A stretch of 63,428 nt of DNA, filler included, from Folioceros fuciformis (Eukaryota): the NCBI GenBank assembly GCA_049999805.1. It is 8 parts of 8 records of this genome, joined end to end, with 100 filler letters (N's around TTAATTAATTAA, not from the genome) between each part and the next. Parts side by side here need not be neighbours in the genome. Positions count along the whole stretch, not along the records: positions 31,490 to 43,820 come from JBNGIO010001205.1; positions 43,921 to 59,959 come from JBNGIO010001206.1; 6 more parts are not named here. One strand, written 5' to 3'. Shown piece after piece: positions 38,210-49,683 of this stretch; within the stretch, counting starts at the first letter, position 1, and every line of letters begins with the position of its first letter. Position numbers and translations under genes: made by a program. Under the pieces are notes generated by a model. That model saw only the letters and a program-made list of their open reading frames with translations, was not told the DNA's origin and made no database searches.

Positions 38210-41200
38210 TCAACTTTGGGAAGCCTGAGCGGGAGTTGAAGACTGAGACACAGTTGAAGTCTGAGACTGGGGAGTTGGAGCATAATCATAACCTGTTGGG
38301 CCACCAGCTGCAACGGCACCCGTACTGCCCTCGGTACCCTGCGCATAACCTTGTTGCTGCTGAGCATAGCCCTGCTGCTGAGAGTAGCCCTGGCTCTGCT
38401 GCTGGTATCCTCCAGCAGGCGAAGGTGTGCTTTGGTCTTGTGGAGGTTGCGCATACCCACCATAGCTTCCATTATATTGCTGCCCATACCCTTGCTGAGA
38501 AAACCCCTGCTGTGAATAGGCAGCCTGTTGCCCATAACCTCCTTGCTGCTGCGGATACCCAGAGTAATAACCTTGCTGCTGATACCCATAACTGGTAGCA
38601 TCGGTTGTAGTGGATGCAGCCTGGGGTGGAGCTTGAGCCTGACCTTGCTGTGTGTAGTAGTCATACCCCCCTTGTTGCTGTTGCTGTGGCTGTTGCTGCT
38701 GGGCTGGCGCAGGCGCTCGTTGATCCCAACCAGAGGTATATGCTGCGGCAGGCTGCTGAGGATAACTGGCATACTGCTGAGGAGGGGGTCCCGGATACTG
38801 CTGGGGAGGGCCATAAGGGGCCTGCTGTTGATAATATCCCGGTTGCTGCATTGGGGGTGCAGCAGGAGGGCCCCACTGCTGAGGACCTGGAGGCCGATAG
38901 CCCTGTGGAGTACTGTAGCCTCCATGTTGCATGGGCCCTCGGGCACGGTTCTGCAAAAACGATGACCACATATCAGACGCACGTGACCCTGTAAGTCAAC
39001 GTTGGTTGCAAAGTCAACAAACCTGCACAGATGCCATCACAAATTCTTCCACAGGGAAGAAGTATCTTCTTTTAACGAGGGAATCAAACGATTGGCTGTT
39101 TTAACTCCATATTAGACGAGCCTCACATTGACTTCTAAAAGAACAAGTCCTCAGAACATCTTGGACTAAGACCATAACACCACACTGAAGGAACCCGCCA
39201 TTGACATCATTACAACAATGATGGTAAAGGCAGTCACCATGATTCTTGGATCCTCCGAACTTATAACCACATTCAACACTTGGCAACGCATTATTGTAGT
39301 CAACTTTCAGGGCTAGAAGAGTTACCCTCACCTCGTCTGAAGAAACTGTGAGCTTTCTTTCTGACAAACAGCGTGTCAGCGGTGGTGCCCCATCCTTTCT
39401 TCAGTAGTAAGTACATGATTGGTTCAAAAAGGTCACAAGAAAAGTGCATCCCTGACTAGTGGACGTGATTCGATCAAGCATCACAAGATTTAAAAGATGG
39501 AAAACTACATGCAAATCTGGAAGACAAAACGTGATACGACTAGCATCACAAGATATAGAGATCGGCAAGCTAGATGCAATACCAACAGTCCAACGTGATA
39601 CGATCTGGCATCACAAGATTTCAAGATAGTGCAAGCTAGATGCAAAACCAAGGACACACGTGATACAATACAGCATCACAAGATTCAGTGAGGGCAACTG
39701 TCTATGTCTTCTCGTGGCAGAAGCACTAAATAGAACACAAGCAAAGGTACAAGTGACCCACAAAGAAGCGTTCTACATCATGCAACCTATCAAGACCACA
39801 TTACCTGGAGACTGCAATAATCATCCAAAGTCCATATCTGAGCGAAGGAGTAGCCTAAACTCAGTGCATGAGCCTGATGTCCACAGCCTTTCTCAACAGC
39901 CAAAAGATGAAAATAAGAACAGTACAACATTTACAACTTCCTAGGTAGAGCACATCTAGAGGGCAAAGCATCATGTACATGCTTATACATGCCAGCATTT
40001 CAATGAGCATCGGGTTTTGCTAGGCACGAGAAATGACGGCTGCAGTAGAAGACTGATTACAAAGCTACCAACAGGTTCCAAATCAGAGGTTCGCGGCGAA
40101 GTACTTTGTGCTTTACAATTGTTACTGTCAGAGAACTGTATCCGACACCCACATGTACAAAAGTCCACTGGATGGAGGTAATAACTGAGGAACCCATAAA
40201 TCAGAAAACACAAGAAAGGCCACGTGACTGCACCCCTTGGAGTTACCTCATCGATGACCTCTTTGATCAGCTCATTTGCCATGTCCGTCTGCTTCTTATT
40301 TCCTATCAAAGTCACAACCCTTTCAGAAGCACCTTGCTCTGCTTCCCGATCACTCTGCACCTGCAGTGGGACAAGCTAGACAACATTAGGAAATATTAGT
40401 CAGACAGATTTAAATCCAACTCATCACATAATGTAGTAATAAAGAGAACAGGTACCAACAACTCCAACACGAAGGAATGACAACCACAAAAGAGGAGGAC
40501 AACACAAAGCAACTTTAGAAACTCGCTGTTGTGAGATTCTGTAGTGAGAGAAACTTTGCTCAGTCAAACCAGCCATTAAGCGAAAGTGTAAAATTGAATC
40601 TTGTAACACACCTGAATTCGGGCCCCTGATCGGTTTTGCAAGTTCTTGATTGTCTCACCTCCCCTACCAATAATGAGCCCTACCTGGAATTTTTCTCATC
40701 ACACTCAGTATGAGCTGAGCTCCTGAGCCGGGCAGGGCCTTGCTCCGAATTCTGGAGAATCGAAGCTAACCTTATTGTTCGGAACCTTAATCTGCACTTG
40801 CTCCCCGGGAGGAGTCGCAGCTCCAAACCCACGAGCCACAAGGGCACCTGAACCTCCAGCTGCGGCCTGCTGTGAAGCTCCCGACACCAAGCATGAACAT
40901 TAGAAGGTTCACGGACATATCCTCAAAAATAACTCTGTTTGAGCCGAGCCACCCCAGGCAGATGAAAAGTTTTATAACAAACCTCAGCAATAACATCTTT
41001 GATGAGCTGCTCCGCTCGGTTGATTTGTTCTGGAGTGCCCATGAGCTCTACTTGCCGCGTGGGAGCCCGGGGGTCTGAATCAGCATCCCGCGTAACTTGA
41101 ATTCTTGCCCCTGACTGGTGCTGCAGGTACTTGATCGTTTCTCCGCCTTTTCCAATGACCAGCCCAACCTGCCCGCAGATTTTTCCAATCGTAACACCCC

Positions 41201-42186
41201 ACAGACATTATCTAGGAAACTCGCTCAAACATGGCAACAAAAGAAGACCAGTCTCCTAACCGGCACCAAACAGATCCTGACCTTAGAATTAGGGACATCG
41301 ACTTTCCGTGATTGCGTAGAAGCTCCCTGGTGGTTGTAGTACTGCGACTGATGGTAATCTTGGCCCCCCATGTGCTGTCCGTGGTCATCACCCTGTTGAT
41401 GATGATCTTGCAGCTGCTGATGATGATGGTCATGATCTGTTCCATTACAGCTTTCCCAGTCAATTAAAGCACCGAGAAGACGACAAGGGAGAGGGAGAAG
41501 GGCACGTTCCTCTTGGCACCTTCCAACCACTCCAAATAACTGCACCATCACGACCAAATACAAAATCCAGGGAGAGACACCCTCCCAAACTACACGCCAG
41601 AGAATCTCCAAACCCTGGCCCCAGATGACTTACCCAGCATCCGCCTTGAACCAGGACCTACGCCATCCAACCAAAGAAAACGATCAAACACAGAAGAACA
41701 GAGACACCAAGAGGGCGCGCACCGTAGCACCACCAGTTCCCATGAGAGGGCAGCAGAATCAGCCCGCCTCAAGCCCCAGGCCCAACAATCGACAGCGATG
41801 GAATACGTACCAGCATAGCCAGGAAGGCCATGATCCAGGTCGGGGCCATTGACAACATGGCCATGTCCGTGATCATGATCATCGCCGCCGTCATCCATCC
41901 GCGGACGCTTCATGAGTTCCTTGCCAACCAAGCGGGCAGCAATTTGCTCCGCCTTCTGCTTGGCCAACTCGAACTCAGTCTTGGGAGGCGGCACGTTGTT
42001 GTAGCTCACATGGTCCACTCCAGGCCCGTCAGAGAACCCTGTAACGCGGCCCGATGGCTGGTGCTGTTGGTGTGGCACCTGCTCCTCCGGGGGGCCCGCA
42101 TCCTCGAACTTGCGCTTATTCTCGCTCACTCGCGGCGGAGGCGCGTCGTACTCGTCCGAGTGCGGCATCCTTCCGTCGTCCGCCAT
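38210..42186 (-). CDS. FUBP/KHSRP-like RNA-binding protein with two KH domains and a Q/Y/G/P-rich tail (At2g25970-like), 7 exons
   Basis: FELAKQKAEQIAARL; KH1 KVDVPNSK/VGLVIGKGGETIKYLQHQSGARIQ; KH2 IKVPNNK/VGLIIGRGGETIKNLQNRSGARIQ; tail containing YTSGWDQ and GGYDYY. Confidence 0.9.
39464..39686 (-). repeat. Four ~65-bp intronic repeat units, each carrying a hairpin
   Basis: cgtgat.c-N5/6-gcatcacaagat at 39464, 39530, 39594 and 39659. Confidence 0.85.
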
Positions 42187-43102
42187 GCCTTCCAAACTCT
42201 TCCTACCCTGCGTGCAAGAACTTCCTCACCTTCCGAGTCCTCCAGCAGCGCCGAGAGCGCCACTGCCACTCAGGGTTTGTTATGGCCAGAGAACCACCGA
42301 GGTTCGGCGAGGCGGTGGATGTAACACTGTGTTCTCCTAACCCCTAGTTACATACTTCAGAAGCACTCTGGGGGCTTGGTGCTCAATCAAACTATCCGGA
42401 TATACGTGGTCTTACACACAGAACCACAGTCTCGGGTGACACATCCAGCCCTAAATAAAAAAGATGCTTTAGCAAGCCAAATTTCAAGGAAGCGAAGGTG
42501 TGCAGAGGAAGGACTTGGAATGGAATGACAATTCCAAAAGGGCCCCCCTGGAAAAACAATGTCCTGCTCAGGAGGTGGATGCGAAGTCCTGCTTCACGAC
42601 GGCTAGCACAACAGTGCTCAGCCTGCTGCTGCTGCCTGTTCTGCCGTAAATAAAGCGACATTATGATAACAAGGGTCAAGGACTCGTAGCCTCGGAATGC
42701 AACACTAGGGGGAAAGCGGAGCCTAATCGAATGCCGGAATAACTTCTACCCTATCGAAGGAGGAATGAACTAATTATAGGAGAAACGTCTTGGGCAGTGT
42801 CTACGAAGGAAGACCACTGACAAAAGTTCATACACAGGTTTCCATTCTACAGTTGAATTCTACCCTAGTTGAAGAATTCAGACTGGACGAGCCTAGCCTG
42901 TAGGAATTTTGCTCTCACCTGGACCTAGTATGGTAGAAAGCGAGAACATCTGAATAAGCGGCAGTGAAGACGTGATATCGCACCCAGCGCCCTAGCCAAA
43001 AGGAGTGGCCCTGCTATGGCCATGGAGCCATAGGTGAAAGAAACAAGAAAAAAAAAAAAATGCCTAACGGACTCAACCAAACCAAGACCCTCGTCCACTG
43101 CA

Positions 43103-43820
43103 TCAGATAGGAGGCATGTGCTTCAAATCCTCAGGGCCATACTCTTCTCGCTCGGACTCTGAGCTGTTGCCGATAGCGGCGGGATCTCCATTGGCCAAAC
43201 CCTGATTTGACGGAGACGTGGCGACCTCACCCGGCGGTCCATCAAAGTGGTCGAAAAACGCAGGACCTCCCCAAGGCCAGTTGTAGTTCCACTGACCCCT
43301 GGAGGCAGTAGCCCTCCACTCCTGGTCGGCTATCATCTCGGGAGAAAGCCCCCACTGCCGGAGCTCCTCCTTGCCGTGGTGCACTGCCAAGCTGTACTCC
43401 CCGCCAGAGCCGAGCTGCATAACTCTCAACTCGCAGTTCTTGGGATTCCAGAGCTGCTCGAATTGCGCTGTAGTCCACTTGAACCAGCGCATGAGGAATA
43501 CTCTCATCGTTACCCCGTGCGACACGATGACCAGGTTCAGGTCCGTGGATCTGGAGTTCACCTCCCTACTCAACCGGTTCATTTCAATGTCCCGCCACAG
43601 GCTTTCCAGAAAACCTACACGCACACACACTCAACATGAACCCATCCCTTCGTGACCAAAACGCTTGTTCCCTTCCACCAGCCCACCTCAAGCATGCGAT
43701 CTCCTTACCTGTGACCCTATCAAACACATCCGACGCTGACTCGCCCTCGGGAAAACGGTAAAAGAACCTTCCAAAGCGATCCCTAATATCCTTCACGATC
43801 TTCATCGTCTCCTCCTCCTG
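43103..43820 (-). CDS. Phosphoglycerate mutase-like histidine phosphatase (AT74/AT74H-like), 5' truncated
   Basis: RDRFGRFFYRFPEGESASDVFDRV / FLESLWRDIEMNRL..LVIVSHGVTMRVFLMRWFKWT..QFE.L.NP.NCE.RVMQLG.GGEYSLAVHH. Confidence 0.9.
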
Positions 43821-43920
43821 NNNNNNNNNNNNNNNNNNNNNNNNNNNNNNNNNNNNNNNNNNNNTTAATTAATTAANNNNNNNNNNNNNNNNNNNNNNNN
43901 NNNNNNNNNNNNNNNNNNNN
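43821..43920. other. Artificial contig linker
   Basis: N44-TTAATTAATTAA-N44. Confidence 0.98.
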
Positions 43921-45413
43921 GCTGAGCAGCCGTGTGCAGGGGGGGATCTGGTTGCTCTGGGTTTGGTGAAGGTGAAAACAGAGTGCTTGTCACCGGAGGT
44001 GGAGGAGGATGTGGAGATGGGGCTGTCGATGGAGGAGGTTGACTCTGCTCTTGGGCAGGGGGGTGAGGGAGGGATGGTCCTAGCACCACCGGGCTCGGTG
44101 GCAGCCGGGCAGGATGTTGCGATGGAGATGGGGGTGCGTACCTTCAGTCCGGGACCCGTGGTGCATAGCAGGGAGCAGGAGGTGATATGCATCTCCGATG
44201 ATGAGTCGTCCGACTCTTCTGTCAAGCCTCCCCCAGCTGCTGCTCTGCCGGATGGGAAGCCCACAGGCAAGACTGTCATCTCTCCCCAAAATGGTGGGCA
44301 TCGCCATTTGTTTCCACATGCCGTGCTGCAGCGGGGGCCGGGTGGCAGTGCGGATCATGGCGTTGCTGGGATGGTGACGCCTCCGTCTCGAGGCAAGGAG
44401 AAAATGCTGGTTGTTCCCAAGGCAGAGGTGATCTATGGAGCAGCAGTCGTGGGGCCCGAGGCTGCAGCATGCCGTGAAGTGGCCCTTGCCAAGGTTGCGG
44501 CAGAGTGGGGGCGGCTTCGAGCCTCCTCAGGATTTCAGGGAGAAACTTCTTCTCAGGGAGCCATCATCAATCATCAACTGTTGGCCGCGACCCCAATGCC
44601 TCTGGCCGTAAGAGTACCAGGGGACTGCGGACCAGGTGTGAATCTGCAACCAGGGCGCCCAGCTGCTCCTCCACCCACTGCCACTGCTACTGCCACTGGC
44701 AAGAACATCCGAATTCTCCACGATGGCCCCCGCCGCCCTCCTTGCCAAGTTGCCTCCTACATTGTGCAGTGCTGTGAATGCGGGAAATGGAGGTGGGCTC
44801 CCAACCAGCAGGTATACGAGTACATCAGGGCCATGAACTCCAAGCACCCCTTCAAGTGTGAAAATGCGGACCAATGGATCCCCGGCTCCTCCTGCGCCCA
44901 GGATGCGGAAATCTCTCTTGGTGATGTGGGCTTCGTCTGGGCTATAGATAAGTCCAATATCGCTCAGCCCCCTCCTGGTTGGGAGAGGAAGGTCGTCATC
45001 CGCGGGGAGGGCTCAACTATTTTCTCAGATGTGTGAGTTTCTCTCCACTGTCTTCTCTTTCACGGCTTCCATGTTGAAATGCATATCGACCTAAGCGAGC
45101 ATGTGGATGCAGTTACTACGTCACCCCCGATGGCAAGACGCTTAGGTCAATGAATGACGTAGTTAAGTGAGTACTCAATACGACTACAATCCTACCCTTT
45201 CCACACAATGTTACCTAGTCTCCGTTGGCCATTTAGAAGCTGATGATGTTGGCTGTCAACAGGTTCCTTTCGGAGCATCCAGAAGTAGATGCATCCTTGG
45301 CACAGTTCAACTTCAGCCGGCCGCGGTCGATCGATCCACAGTCCTCGAGGAAAAGGCGACAGGATTTGGTCCAGGGTCAAGCACACCCTCCGCAGAAGCT
45401 GCTTAAAAATTAA
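43921..45413 (+). CDS. MBD2: Methyl-CpG-binding domain protein with CW-type zinc finger (MBD2-like), frame open from the contig edge
   Basis: VQCCECGKWR..YEYIR..PFKC..W.P..SC; WAIDKSNIAQPPPGWERKVVIRGEGSTIFSDV/YYVTPDGKTLRS..V.K/FLSEHPE..LAQFNFSRP; stop at 45411-45413. Confidence 0.88.
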
Positions 45414-45644
45414 AATATATTCCATGTCCATCGTATCCCAGAGCTGTTGTACGTACTCACATCCTTCAGCTCGTCATTTTGTTCCACTCGTAGTACTGGT
45501 AGCGGAGTTTCTTCCTCCATCAGTCTTCACGATATTGTGCAGACCTGGAGGTCAGTTACGAGAAACTGTGCCATGAACTTTACAACAAGACCGCTTCCCA
45601 TTTTTTATTGATACATTATTGAAAACATAAAGGTCAGTATTGCC

Positions 45645-48600
45645 TTACTTGCTCCCAGTCCCTGAATCAGCTTCCGCTATCATTTCAGGGAGTTTGGGCC
45701 GGGGTGTTGGTGGAAACCGGACTGCACCGTCACTGGGCGCCCTGGTGAAGGACGAGGACTTCATCTCCCACAGTTTTCGGTTTCGCAGTCCGCTCATCCA
45801 CCTGCACAGAACCTTCGGCTCTGTCGCGGAATTTCCTTGAGAAGGTTCTTGGTAGGCAGTGCGCTCGGAATTAGCCGACGCCACAGCGGAGTTGGAGGCT
45901 TCCTGCTCTTTGCGCTTGGCCACGCCCCCTTCCATTCTGCTAATCGCCTGACTAACAATGCCCGCGACCTGCAGGACAGTACAAGCACCAGGTCAATCTG
46001 TACTGAAAGAGGCCCGGTCGCAGGCATGCGTTGAACGACATAGTTCTATCTGGGCACCTTGAATGGTCTCAGAGAGTCGATCTTCGAGTGATCAAGGACC
46101 CTTTGACCTTTGGGATTCAGGCTTATGAAGTCCTCGTAGTCTCCATCCCACACTACATCACCGTCATGTACGAAGTAGTCCTGGACAGGATGCCCCAAAT
46201 AACATCAGCTGCCTAAGGTTTCGAAGAAAATTCGTCCAAGAGATCACTATAACAGAATCTGCACCTCCAAATGAAAGATAGGTTGCATTGAGGTGCGCTC
46301 CAAAGCCATAATAGTCAAGGAGAACGAGGCATCTCCCTCCTCCAGAGATTTCATGTCATGAACATAGACAGGGCTGTCTCTGTCGATTACATGGCGCACC
46401 ATAATACCGTATCGCAAATATGACACCTATCAAGAGGACAATTCATGCTGAGGCTTTAAGCATCGCATGCAAATGTAGCTATGTGTAAAACCCAGAAACC
46501 ATGCAACTCACCTCTGAGCGGAGAAGGTCCAGGTTCTGTGTGGTGCAAAACATAGAGCCTGATGGCAGCTTGACAAATATCCTGAAAATGAGACAAATCT
46601 TTGCATCCACCAGCTCACATGGTGGTGGCCCAGTGAGCACTAAACGTACTGCCAGAACTCTGAAACCAAGGTTGGACGAGATAGCAGACATCAGATTGCT
46701 GATACAGCCGCTAGATCCAAAGATCAGTCACGTACACAAAAGCTTACCGAAATCTCTCTTTCGTGTCATCAACTGAAGGCACAAAGTCACCTTCCCTGAT
46801 CACAGCTTTCTTTGAGCAGCGCACAGGATGAGATGGTTGTGACATGCGGGCAAAAACTGCACAATACACATCGCAGTCTTCGTTCTCAGCTGGACAGCCT
46901 GTGAGCCTGCCTACAAACTGAGACAGAACTTATGTGGTCACCTCCGACTCACCAGCCCCACTGAGGAACACAAACAAGAATTGTGCCAAAAGAGTGTTCA
47001 CATTTCCGACCAGGAGACAAAATGGTGAGAAAGCAGTAACTGGAGAGCCTCCAAATGTCGTGGACAATGATAATCTGCATTCCAACCCACGTGTTAGACT
47101 CTCTAGCAGCTGCCAATCAATTCAATTCTAGTCACATACAAGTTGTTCAACCAGATTGAACAATGCCAGTGCAATTCCATGCCAGTCAAAAGGACTATCC
47201 CACTTACGCATACAGAAATACATTCACCACAATAAATACTGTTTGCGTTGCTGATTGCACTTGGCTTCCGTTGGAATCATTCTTGTTGACTTCGTCAAAG
47301 TTAAGTCCAGCTGTATCCAATAAATAGAGTGGGGTGAAGAACAATCCCAATGCAACAGGTGCAAGGAAGACGGCGATAAGGAAATGATTAATAGGCATCT
47401 GCATACAACTGAACCAACTTAGTTTTTATCCTTTCCACCAACAGCCATCCCACATGAAACAGACCTATCACTCGTAAACATCAAAACTTGCACAAAGAAG
47501 GCCCAAAAACAAACCTTCAAACAAGCGACATAGAAGTCTTGAAAAAATGAAAGGAAACTCTTCTCCTGTCTGACTATCATGCTCTCCATGCCTTGTCTAC
47601 CCCTAGGCTTCCACCGAGCTGCAACTGTGTCTGCCCCTTCGAACGCAGCTGTGCCACCTCCCCTGTTGTCGAGCAGATCACTGGAGGCAGCTCTGATATT
47701 GGCCATATGATTAGCAAAAGCCACAGTGTGCCTAAGCCTTCTCCATCTCGTGCGAGCTCCAATTGCAGGCAAACTTACAGGAGTCCGAATAACATCTGGT
47801 GGATCCGTGCCAGAGCCATCCACCGGTACGAAGTTCGCAGGCATGGAAGCATCCATTGGGTCCACTGGCATCTTTCCATGGCCCAAGCTGGCAGGAACAG
47901 TTCTAGGACCTTGTGCACCTTCGTCACCTTGGTCATTGGAAGGCACTGCTGCCTCCGCCGTTCCATCCAAGCCAGCCGGAGGACTATCAACCTCAATACC
48001 CCGTTGAACACCATAAGATGGCGGCGTTGCAGAGGATTCTATATCATCGCCGAGAACTCTCCCTCCTTCTCCCACACCTATCAGCCCTCCTCCTGACTCC
48101 ACTTGCTGATCCATCCTTACGTTCCTGGTAGCCCGCTCCCCCAGGGTCACCTGCACACCTACATTTCTGAAGCTTCCAGGGATCTTGTTCTTCCTCGAGC
48201 TCGCACCATCTTTTCCTCTCTCTTCCGTTCTACTCGTATGCACAGTCCCATCCTCCAGCTGCACAACATCCTCAGCTGACACTCCGTCCCCAGTGCTTAC
48301 CTCATTCTCCGGATCCGCGCTGCCAGACTTCGGTTTTCTTGCCCGCTTTCTAGCCCTCTTCCCATGCTCACTGATGGCTGCATGCTTGCTACGTTGAGCA
48401 TCCGACTTAATAGATTCGGATGCATCAAAAAACAACTCTCGGGCCTTCTGGTGCCCGGTGCTCGGTCCAGTGCCATCTCTCACAAGGCTCCCTTCCGGGA
48501 CCTTGCTCGAGGCTTTTTGAGCCGCTTTAAACGTCTCATGAGGTGTGAAGAATTGACTTCCGCTTCCATACAGCAACGATTCCAAGCCTGTCTCTTCAAT

Positions 48601-48750
48601 AGACCGAGCAGAGGAAAGTTTGACCCGCAGATTCTCCCGTTTCCACGCCGTTTTGGCTTCCGTTTACCTGACGGTTGCTGAGCCAGCTCAATTCGCGCGC
48701 AACAGCAACAATACTCAGGACCATGCACTACGCCGCCATCTCCACCAGCT
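45645..48750 (-). CDS. Inward-rectifier potassium channel-like (Kir/KirBac fold) protein with a long disordered N-terminus; start exon not resolved
   Basis: Frame-consistent GT-AG exons: ~48590-47515, 47398-47208, 47074-46953, 46856-46748, 46659-46512, 46426-46265, 46180-46058, 45968-45645. They give slide helix FFQDFYVACLK, TM1, pore helix VFLYALSLSTTFGG, TM2 ending SGAVFARMSQP..VRCSKKAVI, then LAVRL, RHVIDRDSPV and DVVWDGDYEDFI..VLDHSKI. Confidence 0.8.
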
Positions 48751-49384
48751 AGTCACATTCACTCAGGGTAAACACAACAGCAACCCAGAATACGATACAC
48801 AAGGCGGAATCCACAGGCGAATTTCAAGGCAGAATCCACAGGCGCTTGTCAAGGCGAAATCCGCAGGAGCTATAGATGCCGCGCGTAAAGCAAACAATAA
48901 TGCGCCACCTTCGCAGCTCCGTGCAAGAAACTCGTGACAAGACACTGCGCGAACAACCAGTGTCTCAGCTCAGCGCAAGGGCGGCGCTGTGAAGGACTAC
49001 AGCGGAGCAAAATCGACAACTGGACGTGGAAATGGCCGATTGGAGGGCGAGCGAGCCGTGAAGAGGGCTGTGAGTGTACAGACACCTTTCAGGCACAGCC
49101 ACCGACGAAACCTGCACGTGGAGGTTTTATCCACCCCGCATTACCCACGTCACTAACACACGCCAGTAAATTCATTTATATAAATAAAGCTGTGCGATGT
49201 CAATAACTACACAGAGCCCCACGACAACGATGAAAAATTACAAGAGGAACTGGAGAAAAGTTGCAAGAACGAATTGTAAAATACATATCCGGGATGCAAA
49301 TGGGAAATCCGTCTTTCCCAGCAAACGAATCTACGGTTTAGCGTTTTGGGACATCTTCGTCACCATAGCTGGCCAGCTACAGCT

Positions 49385-49432
49385 ACAACGCAGATTATGC
49401 TAGCAGCAACAACGCAGATTATGCTAGCAGCA
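49385..49432. repeat. Perfect 24-bp tandem duplication
   Basis: acaacgcagattatgctagcagca occurs twice, in the region 3' of GRV2. Confidence 0.9.
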
Positions 49433-49683
49433 AACCTAGAGCCACCACACTTGCATCGCATCCACAAGAGGTGTTACCAAGTATATTACCAACAGGAGGA
49501 TGCATTCAGGGAAAGCGCCAGTCATGCTCCTGTTGTTAGGCCTTCCAGATGCTTGAAGACCTGGAAAAGCCGAGAGGCGGGCACGAGGTGCTGAATGTTT
49601 TTGAAGAAGACGGGAGTCTCCTGCGCGATTGCAGACTGCCTCACTTGATCTTCGTAAGTTGATGATGGAGAAAAAAGCTCCAG

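Noticed and set aside
38203-38994. Overlapping alternative-frame and antisense ORFs
   Set aside because: Shadows of the CAG-rich low-complexity exon.
39151-39211. Possible intronic box C/D snoRNA (ATGATGT...CTGA on the minus strand)
   Set aside because: The C box is imperfect, there is no clear terminal stem, and I could not recognise an rRNA antisense element.
39464-39686. CRISPR array (hairpin repeats with ~40-bp intervening sequences)
   Set aside because: The intervening sequences are homologous to each other, the repeats vary internally, there are no cas genes, and it lies in a eukaryotic intron. Kept as a structured tandem repeat.
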